Origin: Candidatus Zixiibacteriota bacterium
GTDB lineage: Bacteria; RBG-13-66-14; B26-G2; WVWN01
Length of the DNA: 64,000 bases
Direction of reading: 5' to 3'
Assembly (NCBI GenBank): GCA_050117845.1
Contig: JASFLY010000002.1
Location: 128,001-192,000, forward strand
Shown: positions 45,644-55,561 of the stretch, in pieces
Layout of the letters: the number at the start of each line of letters is the position of its first letter
How positions within the stretch are numbered: the stretch's first letter is position 1
The notes under the pieces: model-generated
Told to the model about the DNA's origin: nothing
Database searches by the model: none
The model's input: only the letters and a program-made list of their open reading frames with translations
Program-made: the position numbers and the translations under genes

Positions 45644-45898
45644 CTATTCTTCGAACGGCGAGATGGCGTCCTCGGCCGCGAAAACGTCTTCCCAGGTCGG
45701 GGCGTAATCGTCGACCGACGCGTCCCATTCGTCTCCGATACCCCGACCGTCGTCCTCCTCGTCGCCGCACTCGAAGAACCGGCCGCGCACGTACGCGCCG
45801 CCCTCGTCGATTTCTACCTCGCCGCATTGGGCGCACTGGTAAACGCCGATTTGGAGCTCGTCAGGGGCGAGCGGGCCGCCGCAGCCGGGACATCTCAT
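45644..45898 (-). CDS. Small zinc-ribbon protein with acidic tail
   Basis: CPGC...CAQC; GGGGAG SD. Confidence 0.55.
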   Translation of the reverse strand: MRCPGCGGPLAPDELQIGVYQCAQCGEVEIDEGGAYVRGRFFECGDEEDDGRGIGDEWDASVDDYAPTWEDVFAAEDAISPFEE

Positions 45899-45925
45899 AG
45901 ATGGGCTCCCCCCTTACGCCGGGGC

Positions 45926-47092
45926 TTACTCACCGCCTCCGCCGCCCAAGGATTCCTCGTACAACTTTTGGCCTTTCTCGAAATATTCTTTACCCTTCGC
46001 GTATTCGCCTATTTCCGAATAGGCCTGGCCGAGGTGCATAAGGACCCGGTGGTCCTCGGGATTTATCGCGAGGGCCTCTTCCAATACCTCGACCGCTTTC
46101 TTCGGGTCGCGCCCTTCATATTCTTTCCGAAGATACAGCGCGCCGATGCGGAATAGGATTTGGGCCTTGTAATCATCCGGTTCCATATAACCGGCCATCG
46201 TACGATAAGTTTCGATGGCTTCGTCGACCTTACCCAGGTTCTCCAGGATAACGGCCTTGGCTTCGAGGAGCGTAACGTCGTCCGGCGTCTCGGCCAAGAG
46301 CGGGTCGATTGTGGCGAGCGCCCGGTCGAACATCTTAAGGCGAAGGGCCACATTCCCGAGGCTCTTAATATACTCGTTGAGGCCTACTTTCTCGTCCCAA
46401 TTATCGCCGGCCATATCGGCCTGTTTCAGCTCGACGGCTTTCTCGTAAGTCTCGAGAGCTTTCTTCTCCTGGTCCTCGACATATTCGCCGGCGGTCATCT
46501 CGCGCTCGGCCCGGGCGCCGCTTTCAAGGTCGTAATCGACGACGCTGACGGTTTCTTCGGCGTCCCTTTCGCCGTATACGCGAGCGGTCACTTCATAAAG
46601 GCGCCCGAGGCTATAGAGCGTCTTGGGGTGGGGGGAGAAAATATGGTAAGTGGCTACCAGGGCTTCTTCCGCCCGGTCGAGATCCATTTCCTTCGTTTCG
46701 CCTTCGGGCCGCACGTATTCTTCGTCGAAAGCCCGGGAGATATATTGGGCGCCTTTATTTAAAGCCGTCGCCCAATAGTATTGACGGTCCTGGAGGATCT
46801 CTTTTATTTTTTTATCTTTATCGTCCGCCGCGTACAGCTCCTCGGCCTTGGCCCAGGCTTCCGCCCCCTCCATAAATTTATCCTGTAGAACATAGGCCTT
46901 GCCCAGGTAGGCGTAAGCTTCGGCGTTGTCCGGCGACTCGGCGATTTCCTCTTCCAGAAGTTTTATCGCCGCCGGGTACTCCTCCTGACGAATGTGCACC
47001 TTGGCGCCCGTAACGCGCCACGAACTCGCCAGCGCCGCACTCGCGACGAAGAGTGTTACTACCATCCAAAGAACGATCGTCCTAAAACGCAC
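45926..47092 (-). CDS. Exported TPR protein
   Basis: AAGGAGG SD, GTG 47092, signal peptide ending AALA, multiple TPRs. Confidence 0.85.
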   Translation of the reverse strand: MRFRTIVLWMVVTLFVASAALASSWRVTGAKVHIRQEEYPAAIKLLEEEIAESPDNAEAYAYLGKAYVLQDKFMEGAEAWAKAEELYAADDKDKKIKEILQDRQYYWATALNKGAQYISRAFDEEYVRPEGETKEMDLDRAEEALVATYHIFSPHPKTLYSLGRLYEVTARVYGERDAEETVSVVDYDLESGARAEREMTAGEYVEDQEKKALETYEKAVELKQADMAGDNWDEKVGLNEYIKSLGNVALRLKMFDRALATIDPLLAETPDDVTLLEAKAVILENLGKVDEAIETYRTMAGYMEPDDYKAQILFRIGALYLRKEYEGRDPKKAVEVLEEALAINPEDHRVLMHLGQAYSEIGEYAKGKEYFEKGQKLYEESLGGGGGE

Positions 47093-47118
47093 GGGTATTT
47101 CCTCCTTGTTTTTGGGAT

Positions 47119-47147
47119 AACTTACCACACCGGTATCGGGGAGTCAA
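47119..47147 (-). promoter_or_regulatory. sigma70-type promoter
   Basis: Minus strand TTGACT-N17-TAAGTT with extended -10 TG. Confidence 0.45.
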
Positions 47148-47314
47148 GGGGGCAAGCCCAAAAAGCTCGTGCGGCCGGAGCGGCCGTCGAACCAAAACAA
47201 AACCCTTTCGTCGGCCCGATAGCTATGATAGTATGCGTGTAAGTTATATTTAAGAGACTCGCGCCAACGAAGTCCCTCCCGACCCGGGCATGGCACAGAA
47301 GGGAGAAACTAACG

Positions 47315-47578
47315 ATGCCGGCAGGGAAAAGTATCCTAAAGGGCTTTATTATCGTCGTAATAGGCGCACTCTTGGGAACGATGGTCGGCGAACTCCTCGG
47401 GGCCTACCTGCCCGACGGCGCCGTAAAAAACTTCTTCATTAAAAGTATCACCTTCGGCCTCGACCCCGCCACGCTCAACCTCCATATCCTGGCGCTTACC
47501 TTCGGCCTGGTCTTGAAGATAAACGTCGTCACGATAATCGGCATCATCGGCGCGGGCCTCATCCTTTTTCGCCTTTAG
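47315..47578 (+). CDS. DUF4321-like small membrane protein
   Basis: IGALLG..GELLG, P..LNL.IL..TFGL..KIN..IIG. Confidence 0.75.
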   Translation: MPAGKSILKGFIIVVIGALLGTMVGELLGAYLPDGAVKNFFIKSITFGLDPATLNLHILALTFGLVLKINVVTIIGIIGAGLILFRL

Positions 47579-47593
47579 CGTGGGTGTTCCGCC

Positions 47594-49390
47594 TTGCGTC
47601 CGAAAACTCCGACAACATTCCTCCTTTGCGTTTACGCGGCCGTGGCGGCCGCCTTTTTATGCTGCGCCGCCCCGGAATCCGGCCCCCGCGATTATTTCGT
47701 AATATGCCGCCGGGGTTCCCCCGCGGGTACCTTGACCCTCGCCGAACTCGGCGAGCGCCGCGACGCCCGGGGGCCCTACGCCGTCACCGCCTGCCGCGTG
47801 ACCCGTCGCCGTTTCGCCGGCCCCGCCCGGGGCATCGAGGCCGACGAATTGGCCCTCGCCGCGGCCCGCCGGCCCGGGGAGGCCGCGTACTACATCCGGG
47901 GCCGCTACAGCGGCGGCGAGTTCCGCTTCCGGCGGGGGAACTCCTGGCGTATCACCGTCGAGGACGAGTTCGGCAACGTGCTCAAAAACGCCGGCGACGG
48001 AGACCCGGATTTCCTTACCTTCCGAGGAACGCCCCTCCCCGTTTCCGTAGCCGTTCGGCCCGGGGTCGGCTCCCTTATGACGAGCGTCGAGGTCACGACC
48101 GGCCGGGTCTCGCGGTACCTCGGCCGGGGCGACGGCCGGGCGTGGGCCGGCCGCGCCGAGGAAGGTTACGTTCGCGTCGCGTTCGACGAGGACGGAGCGG
48201 TCGAGAAATACGCGACCGCCGCGGGGGCGACGCTCGCCCCGGCCGGAGGCGCGCCGAGCCCCCTCGCCGTTTGCCACGAAAGGCCGCGCTACGTCGTCCT
48301 ACCGGAAGTCATCTACGGGGCGGCCGCGGCCGTGCCCCGGCGAGTCCCCCTCGTCGCCGAACTATCGCGTTCCCCGGGGATAACCGCGCCCGAACGCCCC
48401 GGCCAGATGTTCGACGGGACGATAAGCGGAAACGTCATCTCGGGCGAGTTTATTTTGGACCCCTCCGCCCAAACGCCGCTCGCCCCCGCGGCCGGCTACG
48501 CCCCGGCCGCGGTCGACGGCTTCTGGCCCCGTATCCAGAACGAAGGCGAACTCGAGCGGTTGGCCGCGTCGTATCGGGCTGAACACAAAAGCGTCCGTTT
48601 CGTAACGGGCCTCGGCCTCTTTTGCGGCAACCTCCTGGCCGAATACGAATGGCTCGATGTCGACGGCGATCCGGTCGCGGCGCCCGCCCGGCCGGTGCCC
48701 GACGCGCGTATCGCCCTCGCGGCCGGGGAACGACGCGTCGGCCTTAAGTACTTCGCGGTGGGAGAAATCGAGCCCGTCGGCCGGGGCGCCCGGCGCAAGG
48801 CCGGGGCGACGTTCGGCCTGCGGGACGAGGCCGAACTCGTTTATCGCGCCCACGTTTCGGGCGCCTCCGCCGGCGAGATATTAGTCCGCTACGAATGCCC
48901 CGCCGACGAAGCGCCGGCCCTTTATCTCTTCGGCGAGGTCTTCGGCCAGCGGCTCGAGGCCGCGGCCTTCGGCGAACCCGCCGGCCCCGAGGGCTTCCGG
49001 ACCTGGGGCGGCCGGCCCGCGGCGTTCGCGACGTACGTCGCCGCCGGGAAAGTCGTCGCCGTGCCGGACGAGGACGCCAAACCGCCGGCCGGGTTCGTAA
49101 TCGGAACCGCGGACGGCGGCCTTACCAGGTTCCGCTGGCGACGGATGGCCACGGCCCTGGCCGGCAGGGAGATACGTACCTGCCGCGTATACGACGTGGA
49201 GCCATACGCGCTCCGGGCGTACTACACGTACGACGGCGTTCTGGCCCGCCTGGAAGGCCGCGATTTCAGATTATCGTTGGAAGCCTACCCCGCGCGAAGG
49301 CCGCGCCGCGCCGCCGGTGCGCCGGCGGCGGAAACCCCGCCGGCCGAAACGCCGCCGCCCGCCGAGGCCGCGGGAGGAGGAAACGCATGA
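47594..49390 (+). CDS. Exported hypothetical protein, possible degenerate transglutaminase-like
   Basis: Signal or lipobox FLCC; LAASYRA...VRFVTGL...EYEWLDV; AETPP x2 tail; ATGA overlap downstream. Confidence 0.55.
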   Translation: MRPKTPTTFLLCVYAAVAAAFLCCAAPESGPRDYFVICRRGSPAGTLTLAELGERRDARGPYAVTACRVTRRRFAGPARGIEADELALAAARRPGEAAYYIRGRYSGGEFRFRRGNSWRITVEDEFGNVLKNAGDGDPDFLTFRGTPLPVSVAVRPGVGSLMTSVEVTTGRVSRYLGRGDGRAWAGRAEEGYVRVAFDEDGAVEKYATAAGATLAPAGGAPSPLAVCHERPRYVVLPEVIYGAAAAVPRRVPLVAELSRSPGITAPERPGQMFDGTISGNVISGEFILDPSAQTPLAPAAGYAPAAVDGFWPRIQNEGELERLAASYRAEHKSVRFVTGLGLFCGNLLAEYEWLDVDGDPVAAPARPVPDARIALAAGERRVGLKYFAVGEIEPVGRGARRKAGATFGLRDEAELVYRAHVSGASAGEILVRYECPADEAPALYLFGEVFGQRLEAAAFGEPAGPEGFRTWGGRPAAFATYVAAGKVVAVPDEDAKPPAGFVIGTADGGLTRFRWRRMATALAGREIRTCRVYDVEPYALRAYYTYDGVLARLEGRDFRLSLEAYPARRPRRAAGAPAAETPPAETPPPAEAAGGGNA

Positions 49391-50403
49391 AGGCCGTAAT
49401 CCTGGCCGCCGGGAAATCCACCCGCACCTACCCGTTGACCATCACGAGGCCCAAACCGGTCCTGCCGTTGTTGGACCGGCCGCTCTTGGGCCATACCCTC
49501 GAGGCGCTGGCGCCCCTCGCCAACGGCGCGGTCATCATCGTCGGCTACCGCGGCGACATGATAATGGCGGCCTTCGGCCGGGAGTACGCCGGCCTCCCCA
49601 TCGAGTACGTCGTCCAGACGGAACAACTGGGGACCGGCGACGCCGTGGCCCGGGCCCGCCCCGTCGTCACCGGCGACTTCCTGGTCGTCAACGGCGACGA
49701 CTACTACGGCCCCGAGAACGTCCGGGCGCTGGCCTCCACGGCCGGGGCGGCGGTCCTGGGGGCCCCGGTGCCCTCGGCCGAGGGATTCGGCGTCCTCGAC
49801 GTCGACGGCGACAGGTTAATCGGCATTCGGGAGAAACCGGAGGGCGCGGGGCCGGCCCTCGTGAACACCGGCCTGTATAAGGTGAACGAGGCCGTCTTCG
49901 ACCACATCGCCGCGCTCGAGCCGTCGCCCCGCGGCGAGCTGGAGTTCACCGCCGCCCTCGAGTCGTACGGCCGCGATGCCCCCGTCGCCGCCGTCGTGGC
50001 CCCGGCGCCCTGGCTCCCCGTCGCCACCGGGGCCGACCTCCTCCGGGCCCAGCTCGACCTCTGGCCCGCCGGGGAAGGCCGCTTGACGGGTGAGGGCTGC
50101 CGCCTCGACCCGGAGGCCGTGGTGGAAGGCCGGTCCGTCCTCGGCGCCGGCTGCATCGTCGAGGCCGGCGCGATGGTGGCGGAGGCTTTGCTGCTCGAGC
50201 GCGTGGAGGTGGACCGCGGCGCCTCGGTCACGGGCTCGGTTCTGGGCACCGGCGTGACCGTCGGCTCGGACGCCATGGTGGACGGCGCCATAGTCGGCGA
50301 CGGCGCCCGCATCGCCGCCGGTTCCCGGGTGGAGCCGGGCAGCCTTATCTGGCCCGCCGTGAGGATAAAAACCGGCGAGGTGGTCGCCGGTGTGATAAAA
50401 TAG
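49387..50403 (+). CDS. Sugar-1-phosphate nucleotidyltransferase with C-terminal hexapeptide (LbH) repeats
   Basis: MKAVILAAGKSTRTYPLT..RPKP, QLGTGDA, NGDD, EKP, NTGLY, SPRGELE. Confidence 0.9.
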   Translation: MKAVILAAGKSTRTYPLTITRPKPVLPLLDRPLLGHTLEALAPLANGAVIIVGYRGDMIMAAFGREYAGLPIEYVVQTEQLGTGDAVARARPVVTGDFLVVNGDDYYGPENVRALASTAGAAVLGAPVPSAEGFGVLDVDGDRLIGIREKPEGAGPALVNTGLYKVNEAVFDHIAALEPSPRGELEFTAALESYGRDAPVAAVVAPAPWLPVATGADLLRAQLDLWPAGEGRLTGEGCRLDPEAVVEGRSVLGAGCIVEAGAMVAEALLLERVEVDRGASVTGSVLGTGVTVGSDAMVDGAIVGDGARIAAGSRVEPGSLIWPAVRIKTGEVVAGVIK

Positions 50404-50426
50404 AGATACGAAAGGAAGGACCCGAC

Positions 50427-52349
50427 ATGTATAAATACTTGTGCGTTATAACCGCGGCCCTGCTGGCCGGGGCGGCCTGGGCGGACATCCCCCTCCAGTC
50501 GACGCCCGGTTGGAGCTGGAGCACCGAGGACCGGGCGTACGGCGGCCTGGTCTTCCTGGACGCCGACGACGACGGCGACCTCGACCTCGCGACCGGCTGC
50601 TACGACGGCAGCAACTGGTACCCCCCCGTAAACGACTACCATAATTCCATATTCTACAACACGGCCGGGACGCTCGCCTCCTCGCCCTCCTGGACCTCCT
50701 CGGTCGAGCGGCACACCGGCGAAATAGACGCCGGCGACATCAACGGCGACGGCGTGCCCGACATCTTCGCCGCCAACGGCGGCTCGTCCTACCAGCCGAA
50801 CTCCGTATACTACGGCGCCACCGGCGGGCCGGCCACGTCCCCCGACTGGTCGTCCTCCTCGGCGGCATGGGCCACCGGCTCCTGCCTGGGCGACATCGAC
50901 GGCGACGGCGACGTGGACGCGGCCACGTCCAACCAGGGCCGGGACCAGTACGACCCGTACCGGCCGGTATATATCTTCTGGAACTCGGGCACGGCGTTGG
51001 CGACCGGGCGCGGGTGGGAATCGAGCGAGGCCGGCGTCTTCAGCGGCGTCTGCCTGGGCGACGTCGACGGCGCTCATTTCACCGAGGTCAAAAACGAGAC
51101 CCTCGTCGGCGACGGCAGCCGGCAGGTCTTCTACCTCGCGCACGCGCCGCTTCTGCGTATCGACGGCGTGCGGATTAACGGCGCGGGCCTCGGCAACGCG
51201 TACGCGTACGACCTCTACGCCGGGTGGATATCGTTCTGCCGGCCGCTCGGGAACGGCGAGACGGCGGAAATCGACTACACCTACTCCACGCGGCTGGACG
51301 TGGCGGTCGCGAAGTGGTCCAACTTCGACACCTGCGTCTACCTGAACGACGCCGGCATGCCCGCCACGACGCCCGGTTGGACCTCCGGCAACGCCTCGAG
51401 GACCGACCGCTCCGTCATCTTCTTCGACTACGACCGCGACGGCGACCAGGACCTCTTCGTCGCCGGCAGCAACGACTACCTCCGCATCTACGCGAACGAG
51501 GGCGGCACGCTGGGCGCGACGCCCGCCTGGACCTCCGCCGCCGAGGTGCGCGTCAACGAGGCGCTCATCGGCGACTTCAACGGCGACGGCTATCAGGATC
51601 TCGTCATCGCCAACACGCCCTACCGGGGCCTCTCGGTCTGGGAGAACAACGCCGGCAGCATCGACACGTCGCCGACGTGGAGCTACACCGGCTCGGCCGA
51701 GTGCCGGGCCATCGCCGTGGGGGACGTGAACGGCGACGGCGCGCTGGACATCGCCGCCGGCTTCTCGCGCAACCCGCTCGTCGTCTTCCTCAACGACTAC
51801 ACCGTGGGCGTGGAGGTGACGGCCTTCCGCGCGGCGGGCCGGGACGACGCGGCCTTGCTGTCGTGGCAGGTGCGCGACGGCCGGGCGGGCGGCTTCGACC
51901 TGTTGCGTAAATCCGCTGATAGTGATTGGGGTCGCGTGAACGACGGCAGGATAACGGGCGAGTCGCCCTACTCGTACGTCGACGCGGGCCTCGCGCCGGG
52001 CGAGTACTCCTACAAGCTCGTGGCCTACGACCTCAGCGGCCGCTCTTCGGAACACGGCCCCATTACGTGTGACGTCGGCGGCGCCAAGACGGCCTTCGCG
52101 CTGCACGCCGCGGCGCCCAACCCCTGCCGGGGGAGCGTTACCTTCTCGTTCTCGCTGGCCGAGGGCGGCCCGGCCGAGGTGACGGTCTACGACCTGGCGG
52201 GCCGGCGCGTCGCGACGCCGGTTAGCCGCAGCCTGGCCGCCGGCGAGAACGCCGTCTCGTGCGAGCTCGACCTGGCGCCGGGCGTTTACGTCTACCGGCT
52301 GGAGGCGGGGGGCCGGACGTCGGCCCGCAAGCTGGTCGTCTCGAAGTAA
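50427..52349 (+). CDS. FG-GAP/VCBS repeat beta-propeller protein with T9SS-type C-terminal domain
   Basis: Signal peptide; about 7 DxDxDGDxD repeats; AAPNP...VYDLAGRRV...PGVYVYRL...RKLVV. Confidence 0.88.
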   Translation: MYKYLCVITAALLAGAAWADIPLQSTPGWSWSTEDRAYGGLVFLDADDDGDLDLATGCYDGSNWYPPVNDYHNSIFYNTAGTLASSPSWTSSVERHTGEIDAGDINGDGVPDIFAANGGSSYQPNSVYYGATGGPATSPDWSSSSAAWATGSCLGDIDGDGDVDAATSNQGRDQYDPYRPVYIFWNSGTALATGRGWESSEAGVFSGVCLGDVDGAHFTEVKNETLVGDGSRQVFYLAHAPLLRIDGVRINGAGLGNAYAYDLYAGWISFCRPLGNGETAEIDYTYSTRLDVAVAKWSNFDTCVYLNDAGMPATTPGWTSGNASRTDRSVIFFDYDRDGDQDLFVAGSNDYLRIYANEGGTLGATPAWTSAAEVRVNEALIGDFNGDGYQDLVIANTPYRGLSVWENNAGSIDTSPTWSYTGSAECRAIAVGDVNGDGALDIAAGFSRNPLVVFLNDYTVGVEVTAFRAAGRDDAALLSWQVRDGRAGGFDLLRKSADSDWGRVNDGRITGESPYSYVDAGLAPGEYSYKLVAYDLSGRSSEHGPITCDVGGAKTAFALHAAAPNPCRGSVTFSFSLAEGGPAEVTVYDLAGRRVATPVSRSLAAGENAVSCELDLAPGVYVYRLEAGGRTSARKLVVSK

Positions 52350-52369
52350 CGCCCACGATATATAGCCAA

Positions 52370-52407
52370 TAAAACAACGGCGGCCCGACGGGTCGCCGTT
52401 TTTGTTG
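52370..52407. terminator. Bidirectional intrinsic terminator
   Basis: AACGGCGGCCCG-A-CGGGTCGCCGTTTTTGTT. Confidence 0.75.
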
Positions 52408-52421
52408 CGTTCGTTTCGACC

Positions 52422-53084
52422 TCAGAACGAATACGCCGCGCCGACCTCGAAATAAGGCCGGTTGGAACCATAGCCGAGGTAATATTCCGGGTAATAACCG
52501 CCGTGCTCCAGGCCGCCGGTTAGAAGGACGCTCCATTTCGAGAACACCTTAAAACGGGCCTCGCCCTCGACGGTGAACGTAGCGAGGGGGGCCTCGAAGT
52601 AGCTGACGGTCGGGTTGGCCCAGACGCCGCAATGCCGAACGCCGAAGCGGAGGCGGCCGGGCGACACGCCGGCACCGACGTCGTAACCGCCGCCTACGAG
52701 GCCGACGTACTCCGACGAATCGTAACGCGGCCTATAATACGGGGCCGGGTAGTGGAAGCGGACGTAACTGACCCGGCCCGTAACGCCGGCGTAGCACTCG
52801 ACGAAGGAGACCGGGAACGTCCGGCCTAAGCCGCCGTCCAGGTTCCCCTCGCGGATGTAGTTGTCCGCCGGGTACTCGGCCCCCGAAAACCGGACCGTCA
52901 CGCGCCACGGCTCGCCGAAACGCCCTTCCACCCGGCCCCGGTACCCGCCCTGGCGGTAGAAGTTGGGGAAGAAGTCGTACGCCGCGTCGTACGACAAGAA
53001 GCCGAACGACGCCGAGACCTCGGCGGCGTGGGCGCACCCTACCAATAAAGCCATCACAATTGCCGACTTCAAAACTATCCGCAT
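52422..53084 (-). CDS. Exported probable OM beta-barrel protein
   Basis: GGAG SD, MRIVLKSAIVMALLVGCAHA signal, ends FEVGAAYSF. Confidence 0.65.
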   Translation of the reverse strand: MRIVLKSAIVMALLVGCAHAAEVSASFGFLSYDAAYDFFPNFYRQGGYRGRVEGRFGEPWRVTVRFSGAEYPADNYIREGNLDGGLGRTFPVSFVECYAGVTGRVSYVRFHYPAPYYRPRYDSSEYVGLVGGGYDVGAGVSPGRLRFGVRHCGVWANPTVSYFEAPLATFTVEGEARFKVFSKWSVLLTGGLEHGGYYPEYYLGYGSNRPYFEVGAAYSF

Positions 53085-53095
53085 AGTCAACTCCA

Positions 53096-54244
53096 TTACC
53101 GCGTCCGGCAGAGCCAGAATATTGAGTCCCTGGAGGAAAACGCATCGTCCTCTAATATAGACCAGTAAAAGGGATAGCTCGCCGTTATCCCGGTAAATAC
53201 CGGACGATACATTGCGAAAGAATCCACTTCCTCCGTAACCCACTCGCCGTGCTCGAGTGCGACCGAAGTATAGTATCCCACGGCGCGGCCGTTACCGGCG
53301 TCGTGGAACGCCAAACCTCTGAAATCCCTGGCGGGACTAGTCGTAGGCGACGAAAGGAACGCTAATTCGTACCGGCCGCACCCCGCCGGCGCGGCCTCGC
53401 GTTTGATTATTCCAAGATATGCTTTGCTTTCCTCATAAGGAAGGGGCGTCGTAGCCTTCAATTGGGCGGTAAGGTACAGCGTCTCACCCACGGAGGTTAC
53501 GGGGTAATAGTTGTAGTAATATACCCTGAACCGATCGTCCCCGAAGTCCACCTTCTCGGCGTGCCAGGTCGCGCCGTCGTCGTCGCTCACGTTAACCGTC
53601 CACCCGGTCGTATAATACCTCGGATCGGAAGGGACAAAGACTACCCCTCTATCGGATACGGCCAACCCCATTTTATAGCTCTTCGTGTCAAAACCCAACT
53701 TCTTTTGCCATGCGCCCCCGTCGTATTTATAAACCGCGCGCCACGTCCGGACCCAACAAGCGTCGGACGAAATCGGAGCTACATTATAAAAACTACTCTC
53801 TGCGACATGGTCGGGTACGTCGATTTCGTTCCATTCGTAGCCGTCATACTTGGCGAAGTAAGCCTGATGGTCCCCATTCTCGGTTTTTGTCCCCGCTACC
53901 CACAAAACATCGAAAACGTATTTAATGTCTTCAACGTAGCATCTCTCATAAGGTGGTTGATAAAACACCTCTAATTCGCGTCCGTCGTAGCGATAAACAA
54001 CACCCAACGGCCTATTTTCTATACGTGCATCGTATGCCCCAATATAAACCATCCCATCGGGTGTAGCGGCCAAGGCCCCCGTAGGGTAAACACCCGTCGG
54101 GAAACGCGCGGCCTTACTCCAATCGGAAGGCCGGGTTAGGTTCGGCACGTCCTCGCACGCTATCGGCAAAACCAAACAAACCGCCGCCAGGGCCGCCAAC
54201 GCGGCCCGCATCGTAGCTCTTTTAATAATCGAGTTCTTTTCCAA
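53096..54244 (-). CDS. Lipoprotein, BNR/Asp-box beta-propeller
   Basis: PIAC-ED lipobox; VSDDDGATW Asp-box; YDG.W repeats. Confidence 0.7.
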   Translation of the reverse strand: MEKNSIIKRATMRAALAALAAVCLVLPIACEDVPNLTRPSDWSKAARFPTGVYPTGALAATPDGMVYIGAYDARIENRPLGVVYRYDGRELEVFYQPPYERCYVEDIKYVFDVLWVAGTKTENGDHQAYFAKYDGYEWNEIDVPDHVAESSFYNVAPISSDACWVRTWRAVYKYDGGAWQKKLGFDTKSYKMGLAVSDRGVVFVPSDPRYYTTGWTVNVSDDDGATWHAEKVDFGDDRFRVYYYNYYPVTSVGETLYLTAQLKATTPLPYEESKAYLGIIKREAAPAGCGRYELAFLSSPTTSPARDFRGLAFHDAGNGRAVGYYTSVALEHGEWVTEEVDSFAMYRPVFTGITASYPFYWSILEDDAFSSRDSIFWLCRTR

Positions 54245-54299
54245 CGAGACGGCCTTTCCTTGGAAACCGGTTTTAATTATTACCGAAATCTTAATATTA

Positions 54300-55436
54300 C
54301 TATCCGTCGGCCCGGTACAGGTAGTTGGCTACCAACTGTCCCCCCGGCGCCTCTTTCGCTACCAACGCCCAATAGCCGTCGTGGCCCAAGGTTATATCTT
54401 TAAAATGAAGGTGCTGGGCGTCGGTAATATCCTCCGGGTGCCAAATCCCGTTTTCTAAAGCCAACGAAAAATCGTAGCCAACCAGATACCCTGTGTTCGA
54501 GTTTCTAAAAACCATACTCCAAGTATCCGGAGCGACTACCGTTACAAGAGGTCCGATATAAGAAATTCCGTACTCCCCTTTACCGGGCGGAGCATCATCA
54601 CGGGCGACGACGCCGATAAACAAAGAAGCTCCCGTTTCCCCGACCTGTTCGTTCTTTAAAAAGGTGGTTAAATACCACCCCTCGCCGGCTGCGGCCGTCG
54701 AATATAAATTACCCACAACGCTGTACATTTCCGTCTGAAGGTCCACCCGTTCGGCCGCCCAGGTTGCGCCGTGGTCGTCGCTCACATATACCGTTCGTTC
54801 GTTCGACTTATAATCGATAGCATATAAAAACGCCCGGCCGTTCCGACAAACGGTTAAATCTAATAACTGATACCTTGGCTCTCGAGGGGCAACCTTAGTC
54901 CACTCGCCAGCGTTATACGTATATACATCATTATCGCCTACGAGCCAACAAGAGTCGCAAGAAACCGGGAAAATGGCCGAAAACTCGTGTTCATATACGG
55001 ATGAAGGAACCGCTACCTCCGTCCACTCTCCGCCATCTCGTTTAAATAAGCAGGGCCAAATCCCGGTATTATCCAACGCCCACCCTGTGACCCACAACGT
55101 ACCGGCCGCCGATGCTATATCTTTAAAACGCGTATATTTGTACGGCGAGCGGAATTCCTCCGTGGCCGAGAAACCGTCGTAACGGTATACGACCGCCTGG
55201 TGGAAGATGGGTATCCTAGGATCGTAACCGGCGGCGTAAACACCACCGTCGTTTCCGACCGCGACGCTTACGGGGATAAACTCGTCGCGCTGGAATATCG
55301 TTTCCCTTTCCCACCGCATCGCCCGCCGGTAAACCGGCACATCGTCGCAACCGGAGTTACCCAAAACCAAAAAAGCCGCCAAGGCCGCCAACGCGGCCCG
55401 CGGCGCTAAGTCCCTAACGAATCGGTTCCTTCCCAT
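54300..55436 (-). CDS. Lipoprotein, BNR/Asp-box beta-propeller (paralogue of the neighbour)
   Basis: ATG 55436; NSGC-DD; VSDDHGATW; shared RAALAALAA leader. Confidence 0.7.
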   Translation of the reverse strand: MGRNRFVRDLAPRAALAALAAFLVLGNSGCDDVPVYRRAMRWERETIFQRDEFIPVSVAVGNDGGVYAAGYDPRIPIFHQAVVYRYDGFSATEEFRSPYKYTRFKDIASAAGTLWVTGWALDNTGIWPCLFKRDGGEWTEVAVPSSVYEHEFSAIFPVSCDSCWLVGDNDVYTYNAGEWTKVAPREPRYQLLDLTVCRNGRAFLYAIDYKSNERTVYVSDDHGATWAAERVDLQTEMYSVVGNLYSTAAAGEGWYLTTFLKNEQVGETGASLFIGVVARDDAPPGKGEYGISYIGPLVTVVAPDTWSMVFRNSNTGYLVGYDFSLALENGIWHPEDITDAQHLHFKDITLGHDGYWALVAKEAPGGQLVANYLYRADG

Positions 55437-55509
55437 AATCAACGCCCTTCCTTCGAGCCACGATTTTAAATAATCCGCCGACAATTGCAATAAAAATATA
55501 CTCCCCCCA

Positions 55510-55537
55510 CAAAAAAAGCCGGCCCGAAGGCCGGCCA
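55510..55537 (-). terminator. Intrinsic terminator
   Basis: AAAAAAAGCCGGCC-CGAA-GGCCGGC. Confidence 0.75.
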
Positions 55538-55561
55538 TTCCCTAACCCCAAGGGGGTTTAT

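Noticed and set aside
49704..52106. 800-aa antisense ORF and many similar long shadow ORFs (e.g. 1245-2933, 28074-29663, 62213-63727)
   Set aside because: They overlap well-supported genes, have no motifs, and are expected from stop-codon scarcity at high GC.
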